Virus record (IMG/VR): IMGVR_UViG_3300019926_000104
Span: 1-57,981 of that record
From: a virus
Length of the DNA: 57,981 nt
Direction: 5' to 3' (one strand)
The position numbers and the translations under genes are program-made. Under the pieces are notes generated by a model. That model was not told the DNA's origin. It saw nothing but the letters and a program-made list of their open reading frames with translations, and made no database searches. This document shows, one piece after another, positions 17,582 through 27,439 of this stretch; position 1 is the stretch's first letter; each line of letters opens with the position of its first letter.

Positions 17582-17959
17582 ATGGCACAGGTTAAGAGTG
17601 CAAGATTCACGAAAGAGCAAGAACAAGCCATAGAGGATATGGTAGAGCGGGAACAGGCCGATAACGAAAGTGAAGCCCACCGGATGCTTGTGAATGCCGG
17701 AATGCGGGAGTACGGCTATCAGAACGGGCAACACTCGGATACGGCGCTGAAAAGCACAGTCCAGGTGCTTGCGAACGTCTTTACCCTGACCGGCATGGTT
17801 GGGCTGGCCTTCACGTTCGCCTATCCTGTTGGGGCTAGGCTGCCAAGTTTCGCTATCTTGGCCTTTGGTGTGATGCTGTATAGTCTTGGGAAGGCGCTTG
17901 AACAGCACGAACCCAAGGTTAGCAAGCGACTCAAACGGTTGCTGGGTGGTTCTGCATGA
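17582..17959 (+). CDS. CopG-like RHH domain fused to two TM helices
   Basis: ARFTKEQEQAIEDMVE ... ESEAHRMLV, then hydrophobic helices. Confidence 0.55.
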   Translation: MAQVKSARFTKEQEQAIEDMVEREQADNESEAHRMLVNAGMREYGYQNGQHSDTALKSTVQVLANVFTLTGMVGLAFTFAYPVGARLPSFAILAFGVMLYSLGKALEQHEPKVSKRLKRLLGGSA

Positions 17960-18456
17960 GCCAACAGGAACGCTACGAACAGCAGCGGAGAGATCAGTAC
18001 CACACAGGGAACCTCCAAGGCGCACAAGACACGAACGCGCCGGAAACCCTCAAGTACGTTTCCAAACCCGAAGACATTGATAGCCCCATTGAAGCCTTGG
18101 AGTGGATCAACTCTAAGAGCACATCCACGGCTAACTACACCGAAGAGGATGTGCGTAGCAAAGAATGGGTCTTAGAGTACCACCTACTCATGGCGAAGAT
18201 GGAGCGACCGCCGGAGTATGGTGTTACCGGCCACCTACGCGCATACGTGTACGACGACGTAGACGAATACAAGAAGCCCATGAAATCCTCTGAATTGCTT
18301 GAGGCAGAGGGCTTCACCGAGGTTGGCAAGGAATCCAGCACGCGGAGTAAGGACGGCTGGGGTGTTGAAACGTCGACGAAAGACACCACTGAGTCTATCG
18401 TTCGGGATGAAGAAAACAAGAACAGTAGTGGCGGCATCCTTGGGAAATTCCGATAA
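17956..18456 (+). CDS. Hypothetical protein
   Basis: 166-aa ORF with ATGA overlap. Confidence 0.6.
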   Translation: MSQQERYEQQRRDQYHTGNLQGAQDTNAPETLKYVSKPEDIDSPIEALEWINSKSTSTANYTEEDVRSKEWVLEYHLLMAKMERPPEYGVTGHLRAYVYDDVDEYKKPMKSSELLEAEGFTEVGKESSTRSKDGWGVETSTKDTTESIVRDEENKNSSGGILGKFR

Positions 18457-19085
18457 TGGACGACGAACAACCAGAATACTCCATTAGCGACCCGGAAGAA
18501 CTGAGCCAGCAGAAGCGAATCAAGGAGCTGCTAAACCGGCGGACTGGTGTTATCGACACACGCACCGCCGCAAAGGAAGCGTGGGTGTCTGGCGAACTCC
18601 AAAAGGTAGACGCTTTGAGAGTCTACCAAACAGCGATTGAAGGTCTTATCATGGACCTGTGGACCAAATTCAAAAACACAGACATAGAAGACGGCGAACA
18701 GTTGCTACACGAGGAAAAGATAGCGGACGTTACGGTTAACCCACCAGCCGATCTACTACCGAGCGATAAGAACGACCTTGCAGCAGGGCAGGACTACCCA
18801 GACCCCAAGAAAGTACCCATCCGTGGCTTAGAATGGTTCATCAATAACGACCCAGTGGTAGAAGCGCCATTCACAGCCTATACCTGGAACCCGCCGGGTG
18901 AACGGACAGAAATGGGGAGAACCCTACTCGACTTTGGCGACCTTGATAAGCCCGTGCAAAAGTGCATTGAGTTCCTTGATGAAACGGGCATTGATGCAGA
19001 TATGGAAGAGGCAGAACAGCAGACCAAGATTACGCGAGAGTTACTAGAGGAGGTAGATGAATGGCGACAGAACAACGTGAACTAA
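18456..19085 (+). CDS. Hypothetical acidic protein
   Basis: 209-aa ORF. Confidence 0.6.
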   Translation: MDDEQPEYSISDPEELSQQKRIKELLNRRTGVIDTRTAAKEAWVSGELQKVDALRVYQTAIEGLIMDLWTKFKNTDIEDGEQLLHEEKIADVTVNPPADLLPSDKNDLAAGQDYPDPKKVPIRGLEWFINNDPVVEAPFTAYTWNPPGERTEMGRTLLDFGDLDKPVQKCIEFLDETGIDADMEEAEQQTKITRELLEEVDEWRQNNVN

Positions 19086-19945
19086 CTAAGGATTTGGACT
19101 TAGGCCCTGTCGCCTCTTGGGGTGGTCTTGAGTCACTACGCGAGAGTAAGTTTTTCGCGGAGTATCTAAACCGACTCGTAACAGGCCGTGACATGCACGT
19201 TATCGTTACGGCGGCATCCGAAACTGGTGTCGGGAAAACCACCTTGGCGGCATCCTTGGCCCTTATCTTTGACCAACAGGGATGGACAGCAGACAAGGCG
19301 GCTGTAGCCAATGCAGCAGACTACAGCAAGAAGTACGATGAAGTGAAGCCGGGAAGTGTACTAATCCTTGATGAAGCTGAAAAGGCAGTAGACGCCCGCC
19401 GTGGCATGTCTAAGGAATCGGTCGAAGTGTCACAAGCCTTTGCGACCAAACGCTATCAGCAAGTCTTTGGCATGCTTACCGCACCCTCGAAAGGATGGGT
19501 GGACAACAGGCTCGGGTCTGATGCAGCAGACTACTGGATACAGGCCATGCAGACGGACAGGGGCAGAGTCAAAGGCGAAGCCAAAGTCTACCGCCTCAAG
19601 AACAACGAACACTACCAGCAGGACTACACGGAACGCACAGAGTACATTCACTGGCCGAACCTGGATTGGCATCCAGAGTTCAAGAAGTTGGACAAGCGAA
19701 AGCGAGAGTTGCTTGAGAGTGATGAAGAGAATCCATACGTCCACAAAGACGAGATAGCAGATATTAAGAAATCTGTGCGGAAGGAAGAGCGAAGGGAAAC
19801 AGAACAAGAGATAATGGAACGGATGGCTGAAAGCGAACTGCCGGAGAGTGGAAAGTCGAAGACTGGATTTAAACAAAAAGAGATTGCTGAGGCTTTAGAC
19901 ATGTCTCAGAGCCACATTTCCCGGCGGTTGAATGCCGATGAATAA
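19061..19945 (+). CDS. P-loop NTPase with C-terminal helix-turn-helix
   Basis: Walker A SETGVGKTT, Walker B VLILDEAE, C-terminal KEIAEALDMSQSHISRRL. Confidence 0.75.
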   Translation: MATEQRELTKDLDLGPVASWGGLESLRESKFFAEYLNRLVTGRDMHVIVTAASETGVGKTTLAASLALIFDQQGWTADKAAVANAADYSKKYDEVKPGSVLILDEAEKAVDARRGMSKESVEVSQAFATKRYQQVFGMLTAPSKGWVDNRLGSDAADYWIQAMQTDRGRVKGEAKVYRLKNNEHYQQDYTERTEYIHWPNLDWHPEFKKLDKRKRELLESDEENPYVHKDEIADIKKSVRKEERRETEQEIMERMAESELPESGKSKTGFKQKEIAEALDMSQSHISRRLNADE

Positions 19946-20103
19946 TATGGCATCCAAAATCGCAAGACGGTGTGGGTTTGACCCAGTATGTATGTTTCCA
20001 GATAGAGGTATATTACAAGTAGTCACGCGTTATGGAAATCAGAACTGCCAGATGGATAGTCCAGTACGCACACATGGACCACAACTATTACCACAACCCC
20101 ACA

Positions 20104-20128
20104 CCTACAGGCATCTGGACCCTGTAGG
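20104..20128. promoter_or_regulatory. Perfect 8-bp inverted repeat CCTACAGG-N9-CCTGTAGG just upstream of ATG 20139
   Basis: Read directly. Confidence 0.5.
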
Positions 20129-20138
20129 TATAGAGACA

Positions 20139-20273
20139 ATGCCCAGCCAATCAGTTCATATTCCAGAACAGTTGTACGAATACGTGATCACAACAAAGGC
20201 CGATGAACAGTCTACCTCTGCACGAGTGACCGAGCTTGTGCGGAAAGGCAAAGCCAAGGAGGAAACACAATGA
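20139..20273 (+). CDS. RHH-like microprotein (44 aa)
   Basis: SVHIPEQLYEYVITTK ... SARVTELVRKG. The upstream part of ORF 19932 is not protein-like. Confidence 0.4.
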   Translation: MPSQSVHIPEQLYEYVITTKADEQSTSARVTELVRKGKAKEETQ

Positions 20274-20875
20274 GCAAGAACTACGAAGGATGCTACTTCT
20301 GTGACGTAACGAATCCTCACGCGGTCGAGGGGCACCATCTAGTTCCACAGCGGTTCAATGGAACGGACCAACCAGAGAATATGGTGGACCTGTGTGGATC
20401 GTGCCACAATAAGATAGAAGAACTCTACGATGATGCTTTCTACGAGCGTCTTGGTGTGGCGGTCGACGAAATAGAGAACGAAAACATCCACGTCGACTCT
20501 GGGGAACAGGTGGATGCTTCGGACTCTCTGGATCGGAAGATACCACCAACCTCAGAACACATCCTTGTAGAGAAAACGGAAGAACGGGAACATCATCCGA
20601 AAGCAGACGACGGTATGCATTCTACAGTACAGACTGCTGATGCACTTCATGGAAGGGAAGAAAGAGGGCAGAGGCTTCCAGGGGCTAAGGTGATTTGGCC
20701 CAAAGGATACCGGCTACACTGTGGCTACTGCCATACTGTGTATAGTGAAGATGAACACTCCGATATGGCCCGTCACTTGCGGGTTCGGCATGGCATCGAG
20801 AACCCGTATGAAGAGGTTGATACCACCTTCGGAGAAAAGCCAGACGGAATTGACCTACCTACACAGGAACAATGA
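20270..20875 (+). CDS. HNH endonuclease
   Basis: CYFC ... EGHHLVPQ ... ENMVDLCGSCHNKIE. Confidence 0.7.
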   Translation: MSKNYEGCYFCDVTNPHAVEGHHLVPQRFNGTDQPENMVDLCGSCHNKIEELYDDAFYERLGVAVDEIENENIHVDSGEQVDASDSLDRKIPPTSEHILVEKTEEREHHPKADDGMHSTVQTADALHGREERGQRLPGAKVIWPKGYRLHCGYCHTVYSEDEHSDMARHLRVRHGIENPYEEVDTTFGEKPDGIDLPTQEQ

Positions 20876-21120
20876 GCAAAGATTCAGACTACAGTGGTAT
20901 GCCGTCCGGTCGAATTGCGCGTGTAAAGTATTCCATCGGGAATCTCTGGGATTCGTTTGGTCGAACAGACAGCCTCGGCCTTGGAGTGATAATAAACCTC
21001 TCAATGATCGCGTTAGGAGTTATCGTGTTCTACACCACGAGTGGCCTACCCAGTTACGCCGGAGCGGTATGGGCATTGTTTAATTCCTATCCGTTCGTTA
21101 AGTGGGTGTTTGGCCTATGA
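20872..21120 (+). CDS. Small membrane protein (2 TM)
   Basis: Hydrophobic helices; ATGA overlaps. Confidence 0.55.
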   Translation: MSKDSDYSGMPSGRIARVKYSIGNLWDSFGRTDSLGLGVIINLSMIALGVIVFYTTSGLPSYAGAVWALFNSYPFVKWVFGL

Positions 21121-22643
21121 TCGGCCTACTCCTATCGTTCTTGGGAATCTTGGCAAGCCCGTTCGGGATGCTATTCTTCCTGCTTGGAGTTGTGCAATTC
21201 ATCTCCCTGCCGATGATTTCCAGAGTGACGAACTACTTTCACGCATTCTCCCGGTTGCATCTCTGGTTAGGTGCCCGGATGCTCAAGCGTGCCTGTGTGG
21301 TTGTCTCAGAACACGGCGACCTACTCCTAAAGCGTATGTCGCCCGATGATATAGGCACTGAGACTATACAGTTCAACAGTGACACCAAAGAGTTCGAGGA
21401 TCAGAACGAACGGCGTGCTAAGTCTAACTGGATGGGCATACCGTTTGCACTTGCTGATGAAGTACACGGATTCCTGTTCACACCGAAGGACGCTGCATTA
21501 GGCAAACGGAAGTTAGAGGCAGAACAGGATGATGAAATGGTCGTGAAGGCCACGGCCCAAGAACGGCAGATGTACGACGTTCAAGGCTGGGTGCGTGGTG
21601 TGTTGGAGTTCCCGAAAGGCCAGTACGAACTAACTGACCTGAATTATGTCCGGCAGCTCGTTACTGGTAGTGAACGGTCGGAACACCCACAGCGTGTTAA
21701 GTCGTTCTACGAACTCTCCCGTGAACCGTACAACGACGGCCCAAGCACCACGAAATTCATTGCTATCATTATTGCACTGATTGGCCCATTTGCGGCTATC
21801 TGGGTTCTCTCAAGCCAACTTGGGCTAAACACGTCCGGTGCCACCGATAGTGTCTCATTCGGGCTTGCTGTTCTCCTATTCAGTCTGACGCCCGCAAAGA
21901 CGTTCATAGAGAATATTGATTGGAAACGTGTTGTCGTCTCTATTGTCGTTCTTGGGGCGCTTCCGGCGCTGTTCGTTGGTGTCCTACTGCTTACGTCGCC
22001 ATTCTACGCTATTGCACTGTTCGTGATTATGGGCATGGGCTTTTGGTCCGGCCCTATCCTCATTGAAGTGCTAAAACTAAGCGACAAGGTGACAGATAGC
22101 CTCTCAAACATTTTACTCAAATCCGGGCTTTCAGGGTATGAAGAGCCTGTCTTTGAGTACACCAATTCAGGCTATGAGGTTAGAGAGTTCAACAAACTGA
22201 ATGTCGACAAAGATTCTATTGTCTGGCATTCCTTCCTCGGTCGGAAGTTCGGCTTTACGTTCACACCTGAGCCTTCTAACTGGGATATTGACATTCCAGA
22301 TATTGACGATCTCGACAATAGAGCTGTAGCAGACGGAGGGGCAAAAACGAACCTTCCGAGTGGCTATCAGGTTATCCCCGAACGCACACGCGCTGCATAC
22401 GGTGATTTCCTCCCCCGCCGACTGGATAAGTCTAAGTACTATCCAAAGACGGGGATTGCCCTATCGCGTATGAAGAACGTGTCTACGGGCGGGAAAAGCC
22501 ACGGTCGGCTTACTCAGTCCAAAGAAGAGTACGGCGGTAACAGTGGCATTTCCGAACAGTCCATGATGTACATGGTCGTTGGCTGTGGAATGTTCTCATT
22601 CTTGGCCGGGATTGGTGTGTTCATCCTGCCTGCATTCCTCTAA
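21117..22643 (+). CDS. Large polytopic membrane protein
   Basis: 508 aa, with TM clusters at the N-terminus, middle and C-terminus. Confidence 0.7.
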   Translation: MIGLLLSFLGILASPFGMLFFLLGVVQFISLPMISRVTNYFHAFSRLHLWLGARMLKRACVVVSEHGDLLLKRMSPDDIGTETIQFNSDTKEFEDQNERRAKSNWMGIPFALADEVHGFLFTPKDAALGKRKLEAEQDDEMVVKATAQERQMYDVQGWVRGVLEFPKGQYELTDLNYVRQLVTGSERSEHPQRVKSFYELSREPYNDGPSTTKFIAIIIALIGPFAAIWVLSSQLGLNTSGATDSVSFGLAVLLFSLTPAKTFIENIDWKRVVVSIVVLGALPALFVGVLLLTSPFYAIALFVIMGMGFWSGPILIEVLKLSDKVTDSLSNILLKSGLSGYEEPVFEYTNSGYEVREFNKLNVDKDSIVWHSFLGRKFGFTFTPEPSNWDIDIPDIDDLDNRAVADGGAKTNLPSGYQVIPERTRAAYGDFLPRRLDKSKYYPKTGIALSRMKNVSTGGKSHGRLTQSKEEYGGNSGISEQSMMYMVVGCGMFSFLAGIGVFILPAFL

Positions 22644-22645
22644 CC

Positions 22646-23116
22646 ATGATCGGGCTTCGCTCCGCTGGCATGTTCGGGCTAATCCTGTGGTTCTCCGTAG
22701 TCATGGGGCTACTCATGGGTGCAAACGCTGGCTACACCGTTCAAGACGCACAGAACGCTAGTGCATCCTACAACGGAACACACGCACAGATAGCCAACGA
22801 AACCACGAACGTTACCATTGATTTCAACGAGACGAACAAGACCACCTTCGAGAGACAGGTAAACAACGTCACACCGGAGATAGAGACACCGGCAGACCCC
22901 TACATTCAGGACGGTGTACGGTCCTTCACTCGGAATATGGTGCATCTCGTGTTTACGCTCTCGTTTGGGGCGGCTGATGCATCAGCAGAGTTCTTCTATC
23001 ACAACCAGTGGATACCGAAACCGCTTGTCTCTGGTGTGTTACAGGTGGTTGGCTTCGCTCCGGTTGTAGGGGCTGGTGTTCTCCAACTGAGTAAACTAGC
23101 GAGGTTCTGGCAATGA
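22646..23116 (+). CDS. Membrane protein with a dense N-glycosylation sequon cluster
   Basis: Seven N-x-S/T sequons within about 45 aa (NAS, NGT, NET, NVT, NET, NKT, NVT), flanked by TM helices. Confidence 0.6.
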   Translation: MIGLRSAGMFGLILWFSVVMGLLMGANAGYTVQDAQNASASYNGTHAQIANETTNVTIDFNETNKTTFERQVNNVTPEIETPADPYIQDGVRSFTRNMVHLVFTLSFGAADASAEFFYHNQWIPKPLVSGVLQVVGFAPVVGAGVLQLSKLARFWQ

Positions 23117-23334
23117 TAGACAGAAGCCTACTCAAGCAAGCCTTAGTCGTCCTTTCGAGCGCGTGCAGTGGGTTCTATATCGGAGGAAGGTACGTCGGTG
23201 GTATGGCTATCACGGAGTATATGGGACCGAAACCAGCGTGGTTAGGAGAGGCACAGTCTACCATGTGGGCAGTGCTTGGGGTTGCTGTCCTGTGCATCAC
23301 ACTGTGGATCGTCATGGACTACAAAGACCAATGA
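23113..23334 (+). CDS. Small membrane protein (2 TM)
   Basis: Hydrophobic helices. Confidence 0.55.
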   Translation: MIDRSLLKQALVVLSSACSGFYIGGRYVGGMAITEYMGPKPAWLGEAQSTMWAVLGVAVLCITLWIVMDYKDQ

Positions 23335-23708
23335 GTGAAGACAGTACAAACATCGACCTGAAAAGCGTGTCTATAACGCTTGTAGTAGCCCTGGTTGTAG
23401 TGTTCGTGGGTGTGCAAGTTGCCACGACCGTAACAGACGAACAGTTAGAACAGATGGAAGAAGAGGAAATATCGGAAACCTGCATGGGTGTTGCTGGCTG
23501 TGGTACTGGTACATGGGGTCTTATCCCTGTTGCGGGTATCGTGCTTGTCCTGTCCGTTATCATGGTTCACGTCATAAGCCTACGGAAACCCCATTCTAAA
23601 CGCGATTTAGACGACTTGCAGGACGTGAAGAAGCTGTATGTAGAAGGTGAGATAGGCATTCTTGAGTTAGAGGATAGGTTAGACGACGAGATAGACGACG
23701 AACAGTAG
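23331..23708 (+). CDS. Membrane protein with an acidic, SHOCT-like C-terminal helix
   Basis: Two TM helices, then LQDVKKLYVEGEIGILELEDRLD. Confidence 0.5.
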   Translation: MSEDSTNIDLKSVSITLVVALVVVFVGVQVATTVTDEQLEQMEEEEISETCMGVAGCGTGTWGLIPVAGIVLVLSVIMVHVISLRKPHSKRDLDDLQDVKKLYVEGEIGILELEDRLDDEIDDEQ

Positions 23709-23760
23709 TTACCACAACACCAGCACAAGTATTTTGCTTGTTTGGTGCATGTTTACCACT

Positions 23761-24048
23761 ATGGCATCAGCAGAGCCAACCGAAGAGACACTAGAACAGG
23801 TTTCCTACATCATCAGTAGCACATACCGAGAAATGGTTATTGACGACCTTACGGACGGTATGAGCACGCCAGGGAAGATAGCACACAACCAAGACAGTTC
23901 TATTGCACATGTGTCCCGTGCGTTGAATGAAATGCGAGAACGTGACCTTGTGCAACTGATGGTGCCAGAAGAAAGGCAGAAGGGGCGTATCTACGCACTG
24001 ACTGAGAAAGGCGAACAGGCCGGAAAGCACGCCTTGGAGATGAACTAA
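23761..24048 (+). CDS. Winged-helix transcription regulator
   Basis: STPGKIAHNQDSSIAHVSRALNEMRERDLV ... KGRIYALTEKG. Confidence 0.6.
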   Translation: MASAEPTEETLEQVSYIISSTYREMVIDDLTDGMSTPGKIAHNQDSSIAHVSRALNEMRERDLVQLMVPEERQKGRIYALTEKGEQAGKHALEMN

Positions 24049-24908
24049 TGTCACAAATAGCAATTGGCGTCCCGATGTTCTCACGGGAACAGGCGCTACA
24101 AGAACTACTGGAAAGCGTGCCAGAATACGTATCAACCGTCTACATAGCAGATAACGGAGAGAAAGACCACAGAGAACTATACGATCAAGAATATCCGTTC
24201 GACATTGACGTAGAACACCTGCCCTATGATTGTGGGATTGGTCCCTGTAGGCACAACATAGCCGAGCGAGTGACCGAACCCTACCTATGGGTTGGGGATA
24301 GTGACATGGAATTTAGTAGCCCTGATAATCTGCTTCGGCTACAAGAGATATTGGAGGCTAATCCCGACCTTGGCGGTGTCTCTGGCTGGTTGAACGAACA
24401 CAACAGAATCCGCTCCGGGGCAAGAAACCTCGTCGAACTGAATAACACGATCATCAAAACCGTCCCAGACGAACCGGACGTTACCCCAGACCCATACCCG
24501 CACGCACGGTTTGACTTTATCCCACAGGCCGGACTCTTCCGAACAACGGTGTTTCGAGACTATACCTATGATCCAGAGATTTACAACTCTGAGCACCTGG
24601 ATTTCTTCTACGGCCACCACAAAACGACCCACTGGGAATTTGCGTCTACGCCAAGCGTCGTAATCAAGCACAAACGCAACATTGACCCCGAATACCGGGA
24701 ATCACAGCGGGGGAAGAACCACGTTGACTTTGACGTAATGGAAGAAAAATGGGGCTTCAACTCTGCACATCCAGGCCCACGGTCGGATTGGAGTAACACA
24801 CGGGAACGGTCGCCCGGCGAACAGGCATTTGACCTGTTTAGAAGTGTGACACCGGCTTCTGTGTGGGTTCCAGTACGCAACCTTGCCCGGAAAGGAGGGT
24901 TAGGCTAA
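24048..24908 (+). CDS. Family-2 glycosyltransferase
   Basis: IGVPMFSRE ... YIADNG ... GDSDMEF (DxD). Confidence 0.7.
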   Translation: MSQIAIGVPMFSREQALQELLESVPEYVSTVYIADNGEKDHRELYDQEYPFDIDVEHLPYDCGIGPCRHNIAERVTEPYLWVGDSDMEFSSPDNLLRLQEILEANPDLGGVSGWLNEHNRIRSGARNLVELNNTIIKTVPDEPDVTPDPYPHARFDFIPQAGLFRTTVFRDYTYDPEIYNSEHLDFFYGHHKTTHWEFASTPSVVIKHKRNIDPEYRESQRGKNHVDFDVMEEKWGFNSAHPGPRSDWSNTRERSPGEQAFDLFRSVTPASVWVPVRNLARKGGLG

Positions 24909-25876
24909 TGTCCCAAGTTATCGTTCTTGGGTGGGACGCGCTGGATATAGAACTACTAGAGAAATACGGGTTAGCAGACGACTTTGGGGGCGAACAGACC
25001 AAGATAGACACCTACGCGAATCCCGTGATTGACGAACCACACACGCGGGAGCTGTGGCCCTCTATGATTACCGGGCTACATCCAGACGACCACGGAATCC
25101 ACGCTGTGAGTGAAGACGATGGCGTGCAGTGGAACAACCCACTCTTGAATACAGCGTCGACACTGGCGAATGGCCTTGTTCCCAAGCCTGTTCTTAACGC
25201 GATAGGCCGACAACTCCGCTCTAGGGGCGCTGGCTTAGACCAAAAGCAAACGAACTACTACACTGAAAACGGTATTAGCACCGTCTTTGGCCCGTCTGAT
25301 AGGGCTATTTCCATCCCGAACTACGAAACCGAGTATGATAGAACGAACACCTTAGATGCAACGAGAGATACTGTCTGGAAAGACCTACTTGTTGATCGGG
25401 ATGGAACGGAAGGCTTCGACCCCGACATTACCACAGAAGGCATGTACGGCATTTTAGGCGAAGAGGTTGGAAAACGTCTGTCGCATACGATTACGTCTAT
25501 GCAGCAAGGCAACGGCCTTACGTGGTGTTGGTTCGGGTGTCTGGATACAGTGGGACACATGGCCCCGACTGTTGACGCCCCGTTAGAACGGGATTTCTAC
25601 CACGTCGCTGCAAAGGCGACACAGACGGTCAGAGAACTTGCACCGGAAGACAGTACAATCATCTCGGTGAGTGACCACGGCCTACAGGACGGCGAGCACA
25701 CCGACTACGCGACACTGTGTGGCCCCTCGGATGCCTGTGAAACTATCTCTTCTGTGTTCGACATAGCCGAGTGGGTGAAAAGTGAAAACCCAACGTCGAC
25801 GAGTAAGAATCACGGCGTCGGAACAGCAGCAATGCGAGATACCAAAGACCAACTTGAAAAACTCGGCTACGTATGA
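24908..25876 (+). CDS. Alkaline-phosphatase superfamily enzyme (type I phosphodiesterase/nucleotide pyrophosphatase-like)
   Basis: VLGWDALD ... DTVGHMAPT ... VSDHG. Confidence 0.6.
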   Translation: MSQVIVLGWDALDIELLEKYGLADDFGGEQTKIDTYANPVIDEPHTRELWPSMITGLHPDDHGIHAVSEDDGVQWNNPLLNTASTLANGLVPKPVLNAIGRQLRSRGAGLDQKQTNYYTENGISTVFGPSDRAISIPNYETEYDRTNTLDATRDTVWKDLLVDRDGTEGFDPDITTEGMYGILGEEVGKRLSHTITSMQQGNGLTWCWFGCLDTVGHMAPTVDAPLERDFYHVAAKATQTVRELAPEDSTIISVSDHGLQDGEHTDYATLCGPSDACETISSVFDIAEWVKSENPTSTSKNHGVGTAAMRDTKDQLEKLGYV

Positions 25877-26301
25877 CGGCAAACAGATGGTGGGTGAAAG
25901 CCGCCGCTCGGTGGTTAGCTCGGATAGACGGCGTTAAGGGACAAGTCCAAATGGTATCGCTTGCTGTGACCGGCTTTAGCACGTTCTCTATCATGCTACA
26001 GGGCTTCGGGCTTGGTGGCTACGTTCCCTATCTGGGTGTTGTCACTGCATTAGTTGGCGTGCTGTATACGTATCTGTATAATGAGGGCGGAGTTCGGAAT
26101 CAGGTTTCCCGTGATCGGTCGGACTTAGAGACTAATTTCTCTGGCCCAAGCATGTTGATGAATGATACGACAATAGGAGTGGCTATGTTCACCGCTATGA
26201 AGGGCCGACCGCCAACCAAGGACGAACGAGAGATGATAGAGGAAGGAGTTAGGGAACAGTGGGAAGAGTATAGGGACGGTATCGACATTAACGGGGAGTA
26301 G
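25873..26301 (+). CDS. Membrane protein with an acidic C-terminus
   Basis: 2-3 TM helices; ATGA overlap. Confidence 0.55.
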   Translation: MTANRWWVKAAARWLARIDGVKGQVQMVSLAVTGFSTFSIMLQGFGLGGYVPYLGVVTALVGVLYTYLYNEGGVRNQVSRDRSDLETNFSGPSMLMNDTTIGVAMFTAMKGRPPTKDEREMIEEGVREQWEEYRDGIDINGE

Positions 26302-26393
26302 CGCGTTTTGAGTGTGGTTTTGTGGCCCTCTACCCTGGGTTAGAGGCGACAGAATAGGGTTGTAGAACAGCAATTACAGGCGTTGGGCTATCG

Positions 26394-27401
26394 TTAGAAT
26401 TTTTCGTTTACGTCCTCGTCGTAAGCCACCATTTGCGCGTTGCCGAATGCATCTCCCTCTAGTCCGAGTTTTCGGCCAACTCTTTTGGTACGGTCGCGGA
26501 ACTCAGATAGTGAAAGGTCGGTATCCTGTCCTTCATTCTGGTAGACGAATGCTATATCTGCACCCCGCGTATCTGCACCGGCTATACCTTCATCCTGTGT
26601 TCGCTGTTGTCTGCGTAAGGCTTTGTCTGAGGGGGCTTCTGGTTCGCTTGTTGGCGCTCGTTCGCCCTCGTTCATGAAGTTACCACCAAGTGCATTGGGC
26701 GACACTGCACCAACACCTCTTGTCACTTCATCTGGGGACGCTGGCACGTCTCTCCCAGCCATTTCAGCCATGAATGCGTCTTCCATAGAGCCACCTGCTG
26801 CGGCTTCTGGGAATGCATCAAACCCACCCGATTGCTTTGCTTGTGACTGTGCATCCGGTTCTGTCGTTCGTGGCTGTTGCTTCTGTTTCAAGTCCTTCGG
26901 GAGAACCTTCGGGTCTTGTGTTGGTGTATCCACGCCGGGGAAATCAAGCCCTGATTTGTTGTTCTTCCACCGTTCAACGTCGGTGGTAATCGGCGCTCGC
27001 TTCTGATCGTCTTGTCTGATTGCTTCTTTTGACCGGCTAAAGGTATCGTTTCGTGCGCGTGCCTTGTCTTGGTCCCCAGCTTCAACTCGGAACTCCCCAA
27101 CAGGATACGTGATACCTGCTGCCGAGACACTGCCGGTTGTATTTCGCTTTGAGACACCGGGATTGCCACCACCGCCGCTAATGGCTTTTCTGGCTCTATC
27201 CCGTGAGATACCGGCTTTGTCTGAAAGTTCATCAGCCGACATATCGGCCACATCTCGTGGGGCCTGAATTGACCGTCTGGTTTGCCCGGCGCTTTTGATT
27301 TTCTTTGCCGTAGCAGGCCCAATACCGTCTATGTCGGTGAATTTGATAGCCGCGCCCTGTGCTTGTCCAACAGCCTTCCGTCTAAAGTCTTCGTCGACCA
27401 T
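26394..27401 (-). CDS. Helix-hairpin-helix (HhH) protein, paralog 1 of a three-member family
   Basis: FTDIDGIGPATAKKIKSAG; shared module ...ITTDVERWKNNKSGLDFPGVDTP. Confidence 0.7.
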   Translation of the reverse strand: MVDEDFRRKAVGQAQGAAIKFTDIDGIGPATAKKIKSAGQTRRSIQAPRDVADMSADELSDKAGISRDRARKAISGGGGNPGVSKRNTTGSVSAAGITYPVGEFRVEAGDQDKARARNDTFSRSKEAIRQDDQKRAPITTDVERWKNNKSGLDFPGVDTPTQDPKVLPKDLKQKQQPRTTEPDAQSQAKQSGGFDAFPEAAAGGSMEDAFMAEMAGRDVPASPDEVTRGVGAVSPNALGGNFMNEGERAPTSEPEAPSDKALRRQQRTQDEGIAGADTRGADIAFVYQNEGQDTDLSLSEFRDRTKRVGRKLGLEGDAFGNAQMVAYDEDVNEKF

Positions 27402-27439
27402 ACCACAAGATTAGGACACAACGACAAAAAGATACGGTG

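Noticed and set aside
17414-18025. 203-aa minus-strand ORF spanning 17582..17959
   Set aside because: Its composition is basic and Cys/His-rich, unlike the rest of the proteome. It overlaps a plus-strand RHH-TM gene and the 17956 gene, both of which have clear domain and coupling signals.
19932-20138. Upstream two-thirds of ORF 19932..20273
   Set aside because: It is Cys/Arg/Pro/His-rich and contains the 8-bp inverted repeat and promoter-like sequence. The acidic RHH-like part starts at ATG 20139.
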